Shown here: positions 22,423-35,592 of the stretch, one piece after another | Position numbering within the stretch: the stretch's first letter is position 1 | Layout of the letters: each line of letters opens with the position of its first letter | Assembly (NCBI GenBank): GCA_004431415.1 | Contig: QPMI01000005.1 | Coordinates: forward strand, 372,001-436,000 | Source of the DNA: Cyanophora paradoxa CCMP329 | Taxonomy: Eukaryota; Plantae; Glaucophyta | Length of the DNA stretch: 64,000 nt | Direction: 5' to 3' | Translations under genes and position numbers: made by a program | Notes under the pieces: generated by a model | Seen by the model: the letters and a program-made list of their open reading frames with translations, nothing else | Told to the model about the DNA's origin: nothing | Databases searched by the model: none

Positions 22423-25400
22423 TTATTCTTGCTCGCCAACAGCGCGCTCTTGGGAGGGGACCCCCTCCCGGAAGAGGGGCAGGAGGGCGGCGGGGGCGGC
22501 CTCCACGGGCCTGAGCCCGCCGGCGTCCCGCAGCTCGAGGGCCGCGGCGGCCCCGGCCCGCCTTACACACCCCAGAAGCGCATTCACGACGTCATCCCGC
22601 CCCCCCTGCGCGCGCGCCGCCCGTGAGGCGGCTAGCCCTCGCCCTGAGATTGGAATTATTTAAAGGGCCTCACCCTGCAGGCGACGTGGAGGGGCGTCGC
22701 CCCGAGCTTGTCCTGCGCGCAGAGCGCCGCGGCCGCCTGCGGGGCCTCCAGCATGGCGCGGAGGAGGGGCCCCGCCCCCGCGCCGCTCGCCGCGACGTGC
22801 AGCTGCGATTGCAAGCGAGGTTGGGCGGTGGCCGAGGCGATCGCAGAAGCTATAATTAAGCAGAAGCTGGACGGGCTCGAATTCGGAGGCGCACCGGCGT
22901 GCGGCCCCCGGCGTTCGAGGCGAGGAGGTCGGAGGCCGCCACGAAGGCGCGGGCCGCCCCCTCGAGCCCCTCCGGCGCCCCTGCCGGCTCCGGCGCAGAC
23001 TCCGACGTCCACGGCTCCCGCGCGGCGTGCACGTGGAGCGGGATGTCCCCCCCGATGTTCTGCGCCCGGGCCGCCGCGGGGCAGGCCGCCAGCACCTCGC
23101 GGAGGAGGGATAGGCCGGCGGCGCCGCGGAGGTCGGCGCTCAGGTGGAGCGCCCCGTTCCCCTCCGCGTCCTGCGCGTGCACCCCACTCGACTCGGCTCG
23201 GCGGCGGGGCGGGGGGAGGGCGGGCAGACGAGCCTGCGCCGCGGCGTCCGAGTGGGGGAGGAGGCCGCTGGCCGCCTCGAAGCGCCCCTCCAGGCACGCG
23301 AGCATGAAGGGGGTCCGCCCTGCTCAGGGAGGAGTGAGGGGCGAGGATGCGAAAATTTAGGAGAAAGGATCCGGAGTTGGGGACGATCCGCGTCGAGGTA
23401 GGAAAGATGGCACTCAGGAAATTTAATTTAATGATTTAATTAATTTATGATCACGAACAAATGGCGCGGACCTTTAGGGTTGCGAGCGGCGCAGGCGGCG
23501 CGCAGGGCGCCAGCATCGGCAGCGCCGGCCTCCACGACGGCCTCCACGAGCGCCGCCCCGTCCAGCGCCGTCACCGCCTGCATGCAGGGCCATGTGAGGC
23601 GCGCGGATGGGCGGGCGCACGGGCCGGGTGGATCTGTCTGCGCATGCTGAGGGCGGCGCCGGCCGGCCGCACGCATCTAGATCTAGATCTAGGGTGCGCG
23701 CGGCGCGCGGGCGGGTGGGCTGGGTGGATCTAGATCTGTCTGCAGGGGACGGCCGGCCGCACGTAGTGGAGGGCGCTCATGCCGAACTCGTCGACGGCGC
23801 CCGCGTACGCGCCCCGCGCGATCAGCCGCGCCGCCACGTCGGCCCCCCGGGGCCCCTCCGCATCCTTCGCGATCAACGTCGACGTCCGCCCCGCGGCGGG
23901 TTTGGCATTGGCGCTAGCGTTGACGGCCGCAGCCGCGGCGCTCGGCGTGGGGCGGAGGGCGAGGAAGACGGGGGCCGGCCGGCCGGGCGGGGCGCGGCGG
24001 ACGTCGAGTCCGCGCGCCTCGGCCAGCAGCACTTCGGCCGCATCCCAGTCCCCGTCGGCGCACGCGCGCCAGAACGCCGTCCTGCGTTCGCGATCGCATC
24101 GCAGGCAGACGGCGCAGGGCCGCGGCTCCGCACGCACTGCCCGTCCTCGGCGGTTGCGTTCACGTCGAGGTCGGGGCGCCCCAGGAGGATCTGCGTTGTG
24201 GGACTCATTCTGGAGCGCGCGGGACGCGGGGCGGTGCGCGGGCGACCTTTATCGGTGTCGCCAGCTGCAGGACCCGCCTTCGGTCGTCCCCGTAGTTGCG
24301 CTTGAGACGGGCGAGCGCCTGCGGCCTGCACTTGATGGCGAGGAAGAGCGGCGTGCAGCCGGAACGGTCCGCAAGGTTCGGATCCAGGTCGGGGCGCTCT
24401 GAAGTAAGATCTCAAGATCAGTTTCCGTTTTACACGGCAGTTCCCGCGCGCCGCACGCGCGCGCACCGACGAGCTTCTTAAGCCTTTCCGCTGTGCTGTC
24501 GCAGACGCTGTCGCTGAAGAGCCGGTGGAGGACCGCCATGCCTTCGCCGTCGACGGCGTTCACGTCGACGGGGTGCCTGAGCAGGGCGAGGAAGTTGTTG
24601 CTGTGGTACCTGACGGCTGCGTGGTGCAGGGCGGTGCGCCCGGCGTCGTCACGGGCGTCGAGGTCGACGCCGGGCACCGCCAGCAGCGCCGCCACGTGCA
24701 GCACCGCGCCCTGGTGCCGGACGTTGACGGCGTCCATGAGGGCAGTGCGGCCCCCCTCGCCGCGGGCGTTCGGGTCCATGCCGGGGAAGGTGAGGCGGGG
24801 GTCGGCCCCCGGGAGAGAGAGGAGGGAGCGGAGAATGCCGAGGACCGTCTCCAAATCCCGCTCACAATTGCTGGATTCGAAGCCGGCGACCAGCAGGCGG
24901 AGCAAAGCCGCCGCGTCCTCTCCCCAGCTGATCGCGCCGGCATCCAAGAGCGCCCCTACGACCTTCGGCCTGCGAACGGCGATGCACTTCCGATCTCCCT
25001 TCTCCGTGCTCGTCACAAGCCTCGCAAGGCTGCGGCCCTGTGCATCTGCGTCCGCGCGATCACAACCCGTTGCATATGCTTGAGTGAAAGGCAACAATGC
25101 CCGGCCGCGGGCACCGGTCGTGTGGACGAGGCCCGGGTGGGTGGTCAGCAGCGCCCTCACGACCTCGTCACACGGATCTTGGGTGCGCAGCGCGGAGAAG
25201 AGCGCGTTGTCACCGGCCCGGTCCTGCGAGGCCCGCGATCACATATATATGCATCCGGAGGCCAAGATCACAATTGCAAGGAAAGGATCGGGAGAGATTG
25301 AATCCGGATCTTGAACACATTTGGATAGTTGATCATGATGTAAATCTCAATCGAAAACGCGCCTGGAGGAATGGGTCCGATCCGAGGGCGAGGAGGGCCG

Positions 25401-27955
25401 AGACTGTGATCGCAGCATTACGGCACATGAACCGAGAGCTGCTGTCGCTGGCGTGGACGTGCAGGGGTGTATTCCCCGTCGGTGACCGCGCGTCTCTGAG
25501 GGGGGCGAGCCCCAGGGCCCGCAGCTCCTGCGGCTGCGGCGTCAGAGGCGGCGCTCCGATTGCGAAGCTCCAATTGCGCGGTTCGAACCTGAGCGACGAC
25601 GCGCGGGTCCTGCTCCGGTTCCTCGCTGCGCTTGTAGTACAACTTGTTCAGCGCGTGCAAGGCCGTGCTGCCACCCTCCACCCGCTCTCTGCAAGAATAA
25701 AATCTGCGCGAGCTAATATTTAGCGCTATTAACGCGGTGCAGGCACTTTAAATGCCAGACGGACGGAGGATCTTTTGGAGGAAAGAAGGGAAACGGGCTC
25801 CCCTGCGCCAGCAAGAATCAGAGCGGAGAAAGGTCCAGAATGCGCATCGGTCGGCACGCATGCGCACCCAGCGCTTGGCGGGGCTGGCGGCGAAGTGCGG
25901 GTAGGGGCGGCACACGGCGCACACGTCCGCACCCGCCTGCTCAAGGTCCCGGGCGAACTTGAAATGGCCGTGCTCCATGGCCGCTGCAGAGGGGCCGCGG
26001 GCCACGTCAGCTGCAGGTTTGCTCTCGCCCAAGGGACTAAGGGGCGGCGCCGCGGCTGACAGAGGAAAGGGGTTCGGCCGTCGAGGTAGGCATCGCCTGT
26101 CCGGGCCTCGATGCCGGCGCAAGCATCCCTAGGGACCCGCGAGAGAGCCGAGACGAGCTCTGCGCCCTTCGCCGGATCCCATTCACCGAACAAGAGTTTT
26201 CCTGCCTGAGCGAGGAAAAGTCATAGCGCGAATGGCGAGCGTTTGAAGGGAAGCGGGGCATACCAGTTGATGGAGCTCGCTGTCAAATATCGTGAGTGCA
26301 GCCCGCCTCTCGAAGGAGGCAAACACGGGAGGGTACGCATCCAGAGACCAAGCGGGCAATTTCAAAAACCTGCATGCAAAATATTCCAAATATAAGCATC
26401 GGGAGACCGTGATGTATATATCATAGTAAAACCGCGAGCGGACCTATCCCATTGGAGGGGTGGCGTCTTCAGCGCGGCCGGCTCCAGTGCCGGCGGGCTC
26501 CTCAACTTCGCCTGCACCGGCGTGAACGGTTCAAGCGACCAGGGCCGGAGTGAAGGAGGGGGGGAGGGGGGGTGGGGGGGCGGGGGGAGGAAGGGGGGGG
26601 GGGCGCACGAGGTAGAGATCGGAGAGGGACGGGTGCGCGTTGACGAACTCGACCAGCGGCCCGGCCTCGACGACCGAGTGCGAGACGTCCAGCGCCCGCA
26701 GCCGCGGCAGTCTACGAGACCGCCGTTGGATCTTAGAAGCTTCTCGCGCCAGAGATAGAAAGAGGATGGCGTGATCATGAAGAGGCTCGGGGGCGCGCGC
26801 GCGCCGCACCTCATCCCGGCGAGAGGCCGCATGACCGACGCGTAGTGCGGGGTGGACCGGTCGCCTTTGTTCCCGGAGCCTTCGATCAGCGTGTTGCTGC
26901 CGAGGACGTAAGGGGGCGCGACATGTACAAGATAGTCCAAGTGGGGTGGGGTGGGGTGGGTGGGGGGGGGGGGGGGGGGGGGGGGGGGGGGCGGCGCACG
27001 AGAGGTAAAGGCACTGGAGGGTGGCAGAGGCGCCCGTGAGGAGGGCGCGGAGCGCGTCCGACGAGACGCGCGTGTCGGACAGGTTGAGCGTGTGGAGGGA
27101 CGGGAGGGGCGGAAGCCTTCGGATGACGACCTGCGCCGTGTTGGACGGGGCCCGGGCGGAGGATCGGATCGGAGGAGAGGCGGGTACGACTGCGCGGCAT
27201 GCATGCGCACCGCCTCCAACCGCGTTAGGTCTTCTCGCCCAGGGTAAGGGGCCAGAATGCACATGTGCGCCAGCGACAGGCGAGTGAGCCCGGGCGTCAG
27301 CGAGAGCAGCTGCGGGCAGGGGACGTCGGCGACAGCAGATTTCGCATCTGGTGAACCAGCGACGCTGACTGGGCACCTTGTGAATTTGTAGGTGGCTCGT
27401 GATCCGCTTCGCGTTGACGCGGCGCAGGAACAGGCCGCTGAGGCAGAGCTTGCGCACGTGCTCGCCCCCGCGCCGCAGACACAGCTCGAGGAGTCGCACG
27501 CTGCACGTGTCAGCGGGCTGCAGGCGCGCCGCGGCGCGCGGCGGCGTCATGATCCGCACAGGCGCACACGCACACGCCGGGCTCCCCGCGCGGCGCGCTC
27601 ACCCCGAGCTCGGGCTCCTCGAACACCGTCTTTTGCCAGCAGAGGCTCCGCAGGCGGCGCGAAGCGGCGCCCAGCGACCGCACCAGCCCGCCGATGCCCT
27701 CCGTCCGCGCGACATCGCGGTAGATGGCAAGCAGGATGTCGTCTGGCGACCCGGCGCGCGCTCATGATCAGTCTCTCAGATGCCGGCGTCGCGCGCGACG
27801 CGCGGGAGCAGCGCATGCGCACCTGGCAGCTGTTCAAGGCCGACAGCGGGCGCCGCGCAAGCCGCCGGATCTGAATCGCTCGCTGGGGACGATCGCGGGC
27901 ACTTCGATGGCGTGTCGGACCCTAGAGGCTCGCTCCGCTTGAGCTTGCGCTTCAT
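22423..27955 (-). CDS. F-box + leucine-rich repeat + ankyrin-repeat protein (multi-exon)
   Basis: Spliced LEQLP|DDILLAIYRDV (F-box). LHTLNLSDTRV and LRALDVSHSVV (LRR). GRTPFL, GSTALH, GRTALMDA, DAGRTALHHA, SGCTPLFLA, GNGALHLSA, LGATPLHVAC (ANK). Could be two genes. Confidence 0.7.
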
Positions 27956-28377
27956 TTCTGCCCAACTGCCGCGGGAAACGAACGGACGGGTAGAGATGAA
28001 TCAAACGGGTCGGGGTACTGCTGAATTCAGTCGGGAGGGATAATATAGATCGAGGCCTAGGTAATTTTACTGGGTGGGGTGCGCTGATGAATGAGGGCGC
28101 TGAGCAGGTTAGAGGCCGGGGCCGGCCCGGCCAGAATTTTCGAATATCGTTAACGTTCGAAGTTCGATATTCAAGATATCGATATCAGCCATCGAATGCG
28201 GGGAAGAAAGCTGGAGGGATTTCAGAAGAAGGGCCGGGTGCGAAATGCTAGTCCCTACTACGCTTAAATCAATTCAAATGTACAGTCCCAAAAAAAACAT
28301 TCATGTTCGTCAGACAGGCTGCAGGCTACAGCCTGCAGGCCGCTGAAGAGCCACAGAAAAAGCAAAAAGCCAAGAAG

Positions 28378-31300
28378 CTACAGGGCGCTGGGCCCCTCGT
28401 GCCGGAAGGTCCGGACCTCGGGCACGAAGTTGGCGGGGTACGCGGCCGCCCACTCCTCCTCGGGCCACCCGATGGCGTTCGCCGGCGGGGTGCGCACCGC
28501 CAGCGCGCCGGCCCCGCCCCGCGGGTCGATGGGGGGCAGGCCGGCCCCCGCCCCCGCCCCCTCCTCCTCGCCCGCCTCTCGGGCCGTGCGGGGCGTGAAT
28601 CGGAGCCCGCCGGCCCCGACGGAGAGAAAGGGGAGCAGCGACTTGGCGGCCGTCTCGAGCCGCAGGACGCGCTGCCGCTCGTGCTGCGCGGCGAGCCGCG
28701 CCGTGGCGCCGTACGTCGTGGGCCGGATCGGCTGCGCGCCGGCCGTCCGTGCCCGCTCCGTCATCGCCTCGCCGCGCCGCGCGAGCTCGTCCGAGGCCGC
28801 GAAGGGCCCCTCCCAGTGGAGCGCGAGGCCCTCGCCGGGGCCGGGGCGGCCCCGCGAGCCGGCCCGCGAGCCGGCGGCCGTCCGCTTCGCCCCGTGCAGC
28901 CCGATCGAGGGCGGGCGCGCCGCCTCCTCGTACCCCGCCGCATCCTCGAAGCTCACGTACCCGGGCCCCTCCGACTCGGAGCCGGAGGCGGCGGCGCCTC
29001 CGGAAGAGCGCCGCCGCGCGCGGGAGGCGGGGGCGACGGGCGGCAGCGGCGAGGCGGGCGGGGGCGAGGCGCGCCCGCCGAGGCCGGGGAGCCCAGGGCG
29101 GGGCCGGGCCGGCGCCGTCGCCGGCGGGAGCCCAGCCGGCCGGGCGCGGGCGGCGGCGGCGGCCGGGGTACCGCCCCAGGGGCCCTCCCGCATCGCAGCC
29201 GCCTCCATCGCCGCCCGCGAGTCCGGCGCAGCGACCTCGCGCTCGTACCCGGGCCTGCGGGGGTACACTTACTCAGGGGGGCGGGGTCTTTGGGGGGTAC
29301 GTGCGCACGCGAAATCGGACGAGAATGATGCCTCGCGGTCCCCCGCGAGGCGCCGCCGCCGCGCAGCAGCCGCCGCGCTCGCCGCGCGCGAGCTGTATCC
29401 CGGTCAGAAGGGCCGGCGGCGGGAGAGGGGCAGGGGCGGCTCGCCTGGCGTCTTCAGAGGCCGACGCAGTGCGGTGCGTCCTGTCGGGGAGGCTGCGGGG
29501 GGATGCAGTTAGGGGCAGGGGTAGAGAAGTCTTTCGAAAGGGGCAGGCGCACTCGAACTCGCCGGGGAGGCCGGCGCCGCCCTGGGCCTCGCTGGGGGCC
29601 GAGGGGGTACGGGAGAGCGGCACGCGGGCGCCGGGGGGTGCGGGGGGGAAATGATCCTCCTCGGGGGGTACTGAAGTGGGCTCGGACCCGGGAGGAAGGC
29701 CGGGCACGGGTGGAGGCGCGGCTGACTGCCCAGCGGGGTCAGGGGTGGCGGCCGCTGGGGGTACGCTTCCAGCGGGGGCCTTGGGGGAGGAGCCTCCGGC
29801 CGGGGCGGGGGTGGGGGAGAGGGCGGGAGCCGGGGCCGGGCTGCGGGCGGGCTTTGATACCGCTGTACCCCCCTTGGCCCCTCCCTTGCCGCCGCCCTTG
29901 CCGCCGCCCTTGCCCTTCGCGCCTCCTTTGGCGCCGCCCTTGCCGCCACCCTTCGCTCCGCCCTTGCCGCCGCCCTTAGCCAGGCCTGACGCTTTCGAGG
30001 GGGTGGCCCCTCCTTTGGAACCCGACGAGGCTTTGGACCTACGACGGGATCAACGGATGACGGGTACGGCATGTCCCGCGGGGTTCGCGCGCACTTGGGC
30101 GTCGTGAGGGCGGACGCGGGGCCGGGGGCCGCAAGCCCCCCGGAGGCCTCCCCCCCCGCCGCCGCTGCCGCCGCCGCCTCGGCCTCGCCGGGCGCCCCCT
30201 CGCCCTTCTCCTTCCCGCCCTCGTCCTCGTCGTCCTCGTCGCTGCTGCTCTCCTCCTCGCTGCTGCTGCGCGCGGGCCGCCGTCAGCGGTCGGCGGGCGG
30301 CAAATCACGCGAAGTCCCCCACTCTGATCCAACCCCGACGCACCTCTCCTCCTCGCTGCTGCTCTCCTCGCTGCTGGTGCTCATCTTCTCCTCCTCGCCC
30401 TCGCCCTCGGCCTTCGTCTCCTTCCCCTCGGCGGCGGCGCCACCGTTCTCGGCCCTGGCCTCTGCGCGGGAGGCGCGCCGGGCGGCCCGCTCCTCCCTGG
30501 CCCGCTCGCGCCGGGCGGCGCCCAGCCCGCCCTTCGCCGCCTTCCGCCACGCCCCATCCCCGTCCCCGGTCTTCGCCCGCGCCTCCTCCTCGATTCCCCC
30601 CTCCTCCCCGTCCTCCTCCTCGTTGAGGAGGGGCTCGGACTGGGCGGCGGCGGCGGCCTCGGAGGGGCGCCCCACGAGCGAGCCCCGCCGCAGCCGCCCC
30701 GCCACCTCTTTGATCGCCTCCGCCGCCCTGCCGGGGGCGCCGCGGTCAACCCGGGCCGAGGGGACGGGGCGGGGCGGGAGGGGCTGGGCGTGCGCACTTC
30801 TCCTTGATGCGGTCGCTGACTGCGGCGGGGAGCGAGCCGCGGCGGTTGCCCCGCGGGGCCGGCCTCTCCCCCGCCCCCGCCCCGCCCTCAGAGAGGAGCG
30901 GCATGGAGGCTCGCCGCCCCCCGCGGGGCCGCGGGGCCGGCACGCCCTCCCCCTGCCCCGGCCCCTGCCCCTGCCCCTCGGGGCCGCCGCCGCCCTCCTC
31001 CTCCTCCTCCTCCTCGCTCTCCTCGTCATCGCCCTCGTCGTCCTCCTCCTCCTCCTCCCCGTCTCCGCTCCTCTTCTTCTTCTTCTGCTTTCGGTGCTGC
31101 TTCTTCTTCCCCTCCGACTTCCGCCGCGGGCCGACGCCGTCGCCGCCATCGCCGGCGGCCGCAGGGCCCTCCTCCCCGCCCTCCGCCGCCGCCTCCTCCT
31201 CGTCCTCGTCCTCCTCCTCGTCCTCGTCCTCGCTCCCCTCCTCCTCCTCGCTGCTGCCGCTTCCCTCCTCCTCGTCGCCGTCCCTTCGCTTCTTCTTCTT

Positions 31301-33732
31301 CTTCTTCGTCTTCTTCTTGGCGGCAGGCTTGCGCCGCGCGGGCTCGTCCCGCGGGCTCTCCTCCCCCTCCTCCTCCGGGCTCTGCGCCGCGCTGCGCCGC
31401 CGGGAGGGGCCGGCGCCCTTGCCGGGCGGGCTCGCCGTGCCGTCGAGCCCGCGCTGGTTCGCGACGGTGGCGGCGCGGCTCGCGATGCGGCGGAAGGCGC
31501 CGGCCGGCACCTGCCCGCGCCCGCGCCCGGCGAGGGCGCCAGCGTTGCCGTTCGCGGGGGCCGCCCCGCCCGGCGGGGGCCCGCCTCAGGATGGAGGCCG
31601 AGGCGACGGTGACGGGCCGCCGCTCCCCGCCGCCCGCGGGGCGCGGCGCCTCGTCCGCGCCGGCGAGGAGGCGGGACATGGGCGGCGTCGGCCGGTTCGG
31701 GGCCGTCCGCACCGACGAGTTTCGGCTCCCCGCGCCCTCCGCCTGCCGCAGAGCTGAGCGCAGAGCTGCGGAGGAGGAGGGCTGGGAGGGGGGTACCGGA
31801 AAGGGGTTCGAGGCCCTCAGCGGGGCGATCACGGCGGCCAGGGGGTCCGAAAAGGTCTGACGCGGGGGTACAGGCCGTCAAGGGGGTACAGGGGCGCGCG
31901 AGCCGCACGCCGCGCGCACCTCGATGAGCGTGGGGCGCCGCTCGAGGGGGTCGAGCCTGGGAAGGGTACCAGCCCCGACCGCGGGGAGCACCGGGGCCGA
32001 CTTGGAGGTCTCCATCGACTGCGGGAGGGGCCGCTTGGGCGGCGGCTGGCCTCGCTGAGTGAGAGAAGAAGGGGAAAGTGATGAGCGGGGGTACAATTCC
32101 AAACCCGGGAGAAAAGCTTGATGGACGCCTTGATGGGTACGTGCGCCGCCTCGTGACCCGAATCGGAGGACGGGCTGCCCCCGGGATCGAATCCGGGCGA
32201 GGAGGAAAAGCGAGGGGTACGGGCGCGTGCCTGGAGGGCGGCTTGGGCGGGGGTAGCCCCAGCGCCTCGCAGGCCTGCGCCCTCCTCTCGTGCTCCTCCC
32301 TGCGGGGGTACGGCGTTCGGAGAGCGTCCCCAGGAGGGGTACGGGCCGTGCCGCACTTGAGCTTGGCCCGCGCGCGGCGCCGCTCGCGGCGCTCCTCCTT
32401 CGACTGTACCTCCTCTGTGAGCCTGGGTACAGGTCTCAGGGGGCGCCGCGAGGGACGGAGCTGTACCCCCCGGGCGCACTTTTTCGCGCGGGCCTCGCGG
32501 TTGTACCGAGCGAGGGCCCGCTTCTCCTCCTCCTCCGGGTCCCCCGTCCAGGCGTCTGGGGAGGGAAGGCACGTTCGTTTCCCCGGGAGGAGGCAGGAGA
32601 GGGGTACAGCCACGCACCGTCGGCACTAGGTAGGAGGGCCTCGAACTTGCGGATGTACGTCGGTACCCCCGTCCTGTCCCAGGCATCTGCCGAGGGGCGT
32701 CGAGGGGGGTACTCGCAGGAGGAAGAGCGCGCAGCGCGCGTACCCTCCATGAGGTCGTCGTCAACTTCGTCCTCGGGGTCGGGGGCCCAGTCGAACATGT
32801 TCGGTATCCCTCCGCTGACCGCCCCCTCCTGCCACCGCTTCGAAGGGCTCCGGGCAAGCATCGCCGCCCTCCCGGGGGATCAGTCAGGCCGGGGTACGGG
32901 TGGCCCGGGGGGGGGAGGCGTGGAGGAGGGTACCGGATGTCGATGTCGCGCTGGAACTCGGCGGCGTCCTGCCACCCGTCGTCGGAGCTGCCGCCGCCGC
33001 CGGGCCCGCCGCGCCGCCGGGGGGCCCCCAGCACGCCCCCGATCCGGTCGTCGACATCCCCGTCGTCGCTTCCCCCGCCCCGCACGCCGTTCACGATGCG
33101 CCGGGCCATGCGCGCCACGCTGCGGGGGCGGGCGCCCGCGTCGGGCCGGGGGGCGCCCAGCGCTCCGCGGGGCTCCGCATCGCGCACTGCGACTTGCGGC
33201 GCTGCTCCTCCTGCCGCTTGATCTCCTCGTCGGTCGGCCGCAGGTACGTCTGCCGCCGGCGTCGGAGCCGGCGCCGGCGCGCGGGAAAGGGGCGCGGCAG
33301 CGGCGCACGAGGGGGTCCTTCCCCGTCCGGTAGAAGGTCTTGAGGGCCAGGGACGCCTGCGCGCCGCGCAAGGGTCGGGGGCGGCTCCGCCGGCGCGGAG
33401 CGCTCAGGTGCGGGGCGGCGCCGCACGTTGGAGGCCTTGCGGCGGCGGTAGCGGAGGTACGCGGCACTGTTCTTCTCGCGCTTACGGGAGTCCTCCTGGC
33501 GCTGCGGGGCGGGGCGCGGTCGGGGCGTGGTCGGAGCGCGGGGCGAGGCGGCGCGCTGTCACCTGTAGCAGCTGCTCGAACTGCGGCGGCGGCGGTTGCG
33601 GGTGAGCGGCGGCGGGCAGGCCGGGCGGGGAGGCAAGCGGACCTGGCGCTCGCGGACTGCGATAACGGCCTGGACGTTCTCCAGGCTCCTGATGAGCGTG
33701 TTCCACCCATCCTGCTCCAGCAGCGTGCTCAT
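28378..33732 (-). CDS. Large multi-exon low-complexity hypothetical protein (acidic, Lys-rich and KGGG tracts)
   Basis: ATG MSTLLEQDGWNTLIRSLENVQAVIAVRERQ, then many short exons with GT/GC..CAG introns. E/D-rich and K-rich blocks at 30.2-31.4 kb. Terminal ORF 28378-29268. May be more than one gene. Confidence 0.5.
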
Positions 33733-34033
33733 GGCTGCAGGCACTGTGCGTAGGCGCTGTCAACCTGGCGCTTTCTGTAGGCGCTATCGGTGCGCCAGTG
33801 CGCTCCTTCGCGCCGCGCGCATGCTCCCGCGCCCGCGGGCACTCGGGCCGCGGACAACTAAAAGGAAGCCCTCTTCCTCAACGCCCCTGCCGAGCTCCTG
33901 GTGCAAGATTGTGTGCTCAGCAGAGCTCCCTCGTGCTGCCGGCTGCTGCTTGCTTGTGCTGGGCAGGGCTCCTCGTACTCGATCGCAAAACACGCGGGTT
34001 CGGCTCCGGGCGGGCACACAAAAGTTCGCCACG

Positions 34034-35393
34034 ATGATGCTCGCGCGTGTTGGTCTCAGGGGCCTCGCGGCCGTCCCGGCGAAGTCGGCGGCACCCGCGA
34101 TGGCGAAGCCGAAAATGATGGACGTGCTCCTGCTCGGCCAGCGGGCCCTTCGGGAGCCGGCCGTCGAGATCAACCCCGCGGAGATTAAGACATCGAAGAT
34201 CCAGGAGCTCGCGCGCAACCTCGTCCACACCATGGTTCGTACAGCGCGGCCGCCGCCCCTCCCCGCGGGCCAATGACGCTTCGCCGGAACCCACCCCGCA
34301 GAAAGAGCTGAACGAGAGCGTCCTGGCTGCCCCGCAAGTGAACAAGGGCATACGCATGTGCGTGCGATGCATCTCCCATCGCGTCACGCCCGCGGGGGCC
34401 GACGCGGCCGCAGGTTCGTCATGGAGAACGCCCCCGAGGACTACGACGAGGAGAAGGGCGGCGAGGTGGCCTCTGCGGGCGCGCGATGCGTCGGCCGGGC
34501 TGACGGGCGCGCCACGGCAGATCCCCACCGTGCTCGCCATCAACCCGCAGATCAAGACTATCGACGAGGAGGACGCTGAGCTCGTGAGCGGCTGGCCCGC
34601 GCCTCCCGTCGTTCTTCGCTGAATCGCTGGCCTGCGCAGGGCTGGGAAACGTCCGCCAGCGCACCCGAGTGCGTCCCCGCGCCTCTCGAACCGGTTCCCG
34701 GTCTCACCGGCGCCTTCCCCGCAGCATCTGCGCCCTGGTCCCCCGCTCGAACAAGATCGAAGTCGAGTGCGCACCCTGACCGCCGCGCCCGCCCGTGTTC
34801 CGGTCCCCGACCAGGCGGCGTGTCCCCAGGTACACGGACCCGAGTGGCAAGGTCGTCAAGACAGAGCTGACCGGCGAGCCCGCGCGGTTGTTCCAGGTAC
34901 CCCTCTCGATGAATCCGGATCTTCTCGACGTGTCTCTGAATGGCGTACCCCCGCAGCACGCCGTGGACCAGCTGGACGGCGTCGGCTTCCTTGAGCGCGT
35001 CATGGACAACCGCCTCATCAGTGCGTACCCCGCCCGTCCCTCCTCCCCCCTCCCCCAGCTACCGGCTTACGAGTCCGTACCCCAGTCATGGCAGAGGAGC
35101 TCGAGGAGTTCGAGAACACTTGCGACGACATCCTCGGTGGGGTACGCCTTTCCCTCATCGTTCTCGGTCGCGCCGCGACGCCCCCTGCTCACTTTTCTCT
35201 GTTCGCAGGAGGACGAGGAGGGCGAGGACGTCAGCGCCCCCTACCCCCCGCCCACTCGCCCCCCCCCATCCCTGATCCCTGTACCCCCGCGCAGTTCGAC
35301 TTCGAGGAGGAGGAGGAGCCGGAGCCGCCGAAGAAGCAGCTGCCGGCGGCGGGCTCCAAGCCGGAGGGCAAGCCGAGCAAGTCCTCCCGCTGA
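34034..35393 (+). CDS. Peptide deformylase-family protein (PDF1A-like), predicted catalytically inactive, putative mitochondrial presequence
   Basis: Spliced product: LLLGQRALREPAVEI...ESVLAAPQVNKGIRMFVME...LAINPQI...GWETSASAPDICALVPRS...GEPARLFQHAVDQLDGVGF; acidic tail; stop at 35393. Confidence 0.85.
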
Positions 35394-35592
35394 GCTGAGG
35401 CGAGCACGAGTCCCCTTCCGCAGCTTCCCTTTCCCTGCCCTTCTCGCCCCCCGCCCTGCACTCTCCTCTGCTAGCAAATAGGACCAACGGCAGTTCACAC
35501 ACGTGCGCGTGGGGAGCGAGAAGGGGCGCGGGGTGGGACGGGCGCAGAGGCAGGGGAAGCAGGGATATGGCGCGGCGGGGGTTGAGAAAGGG

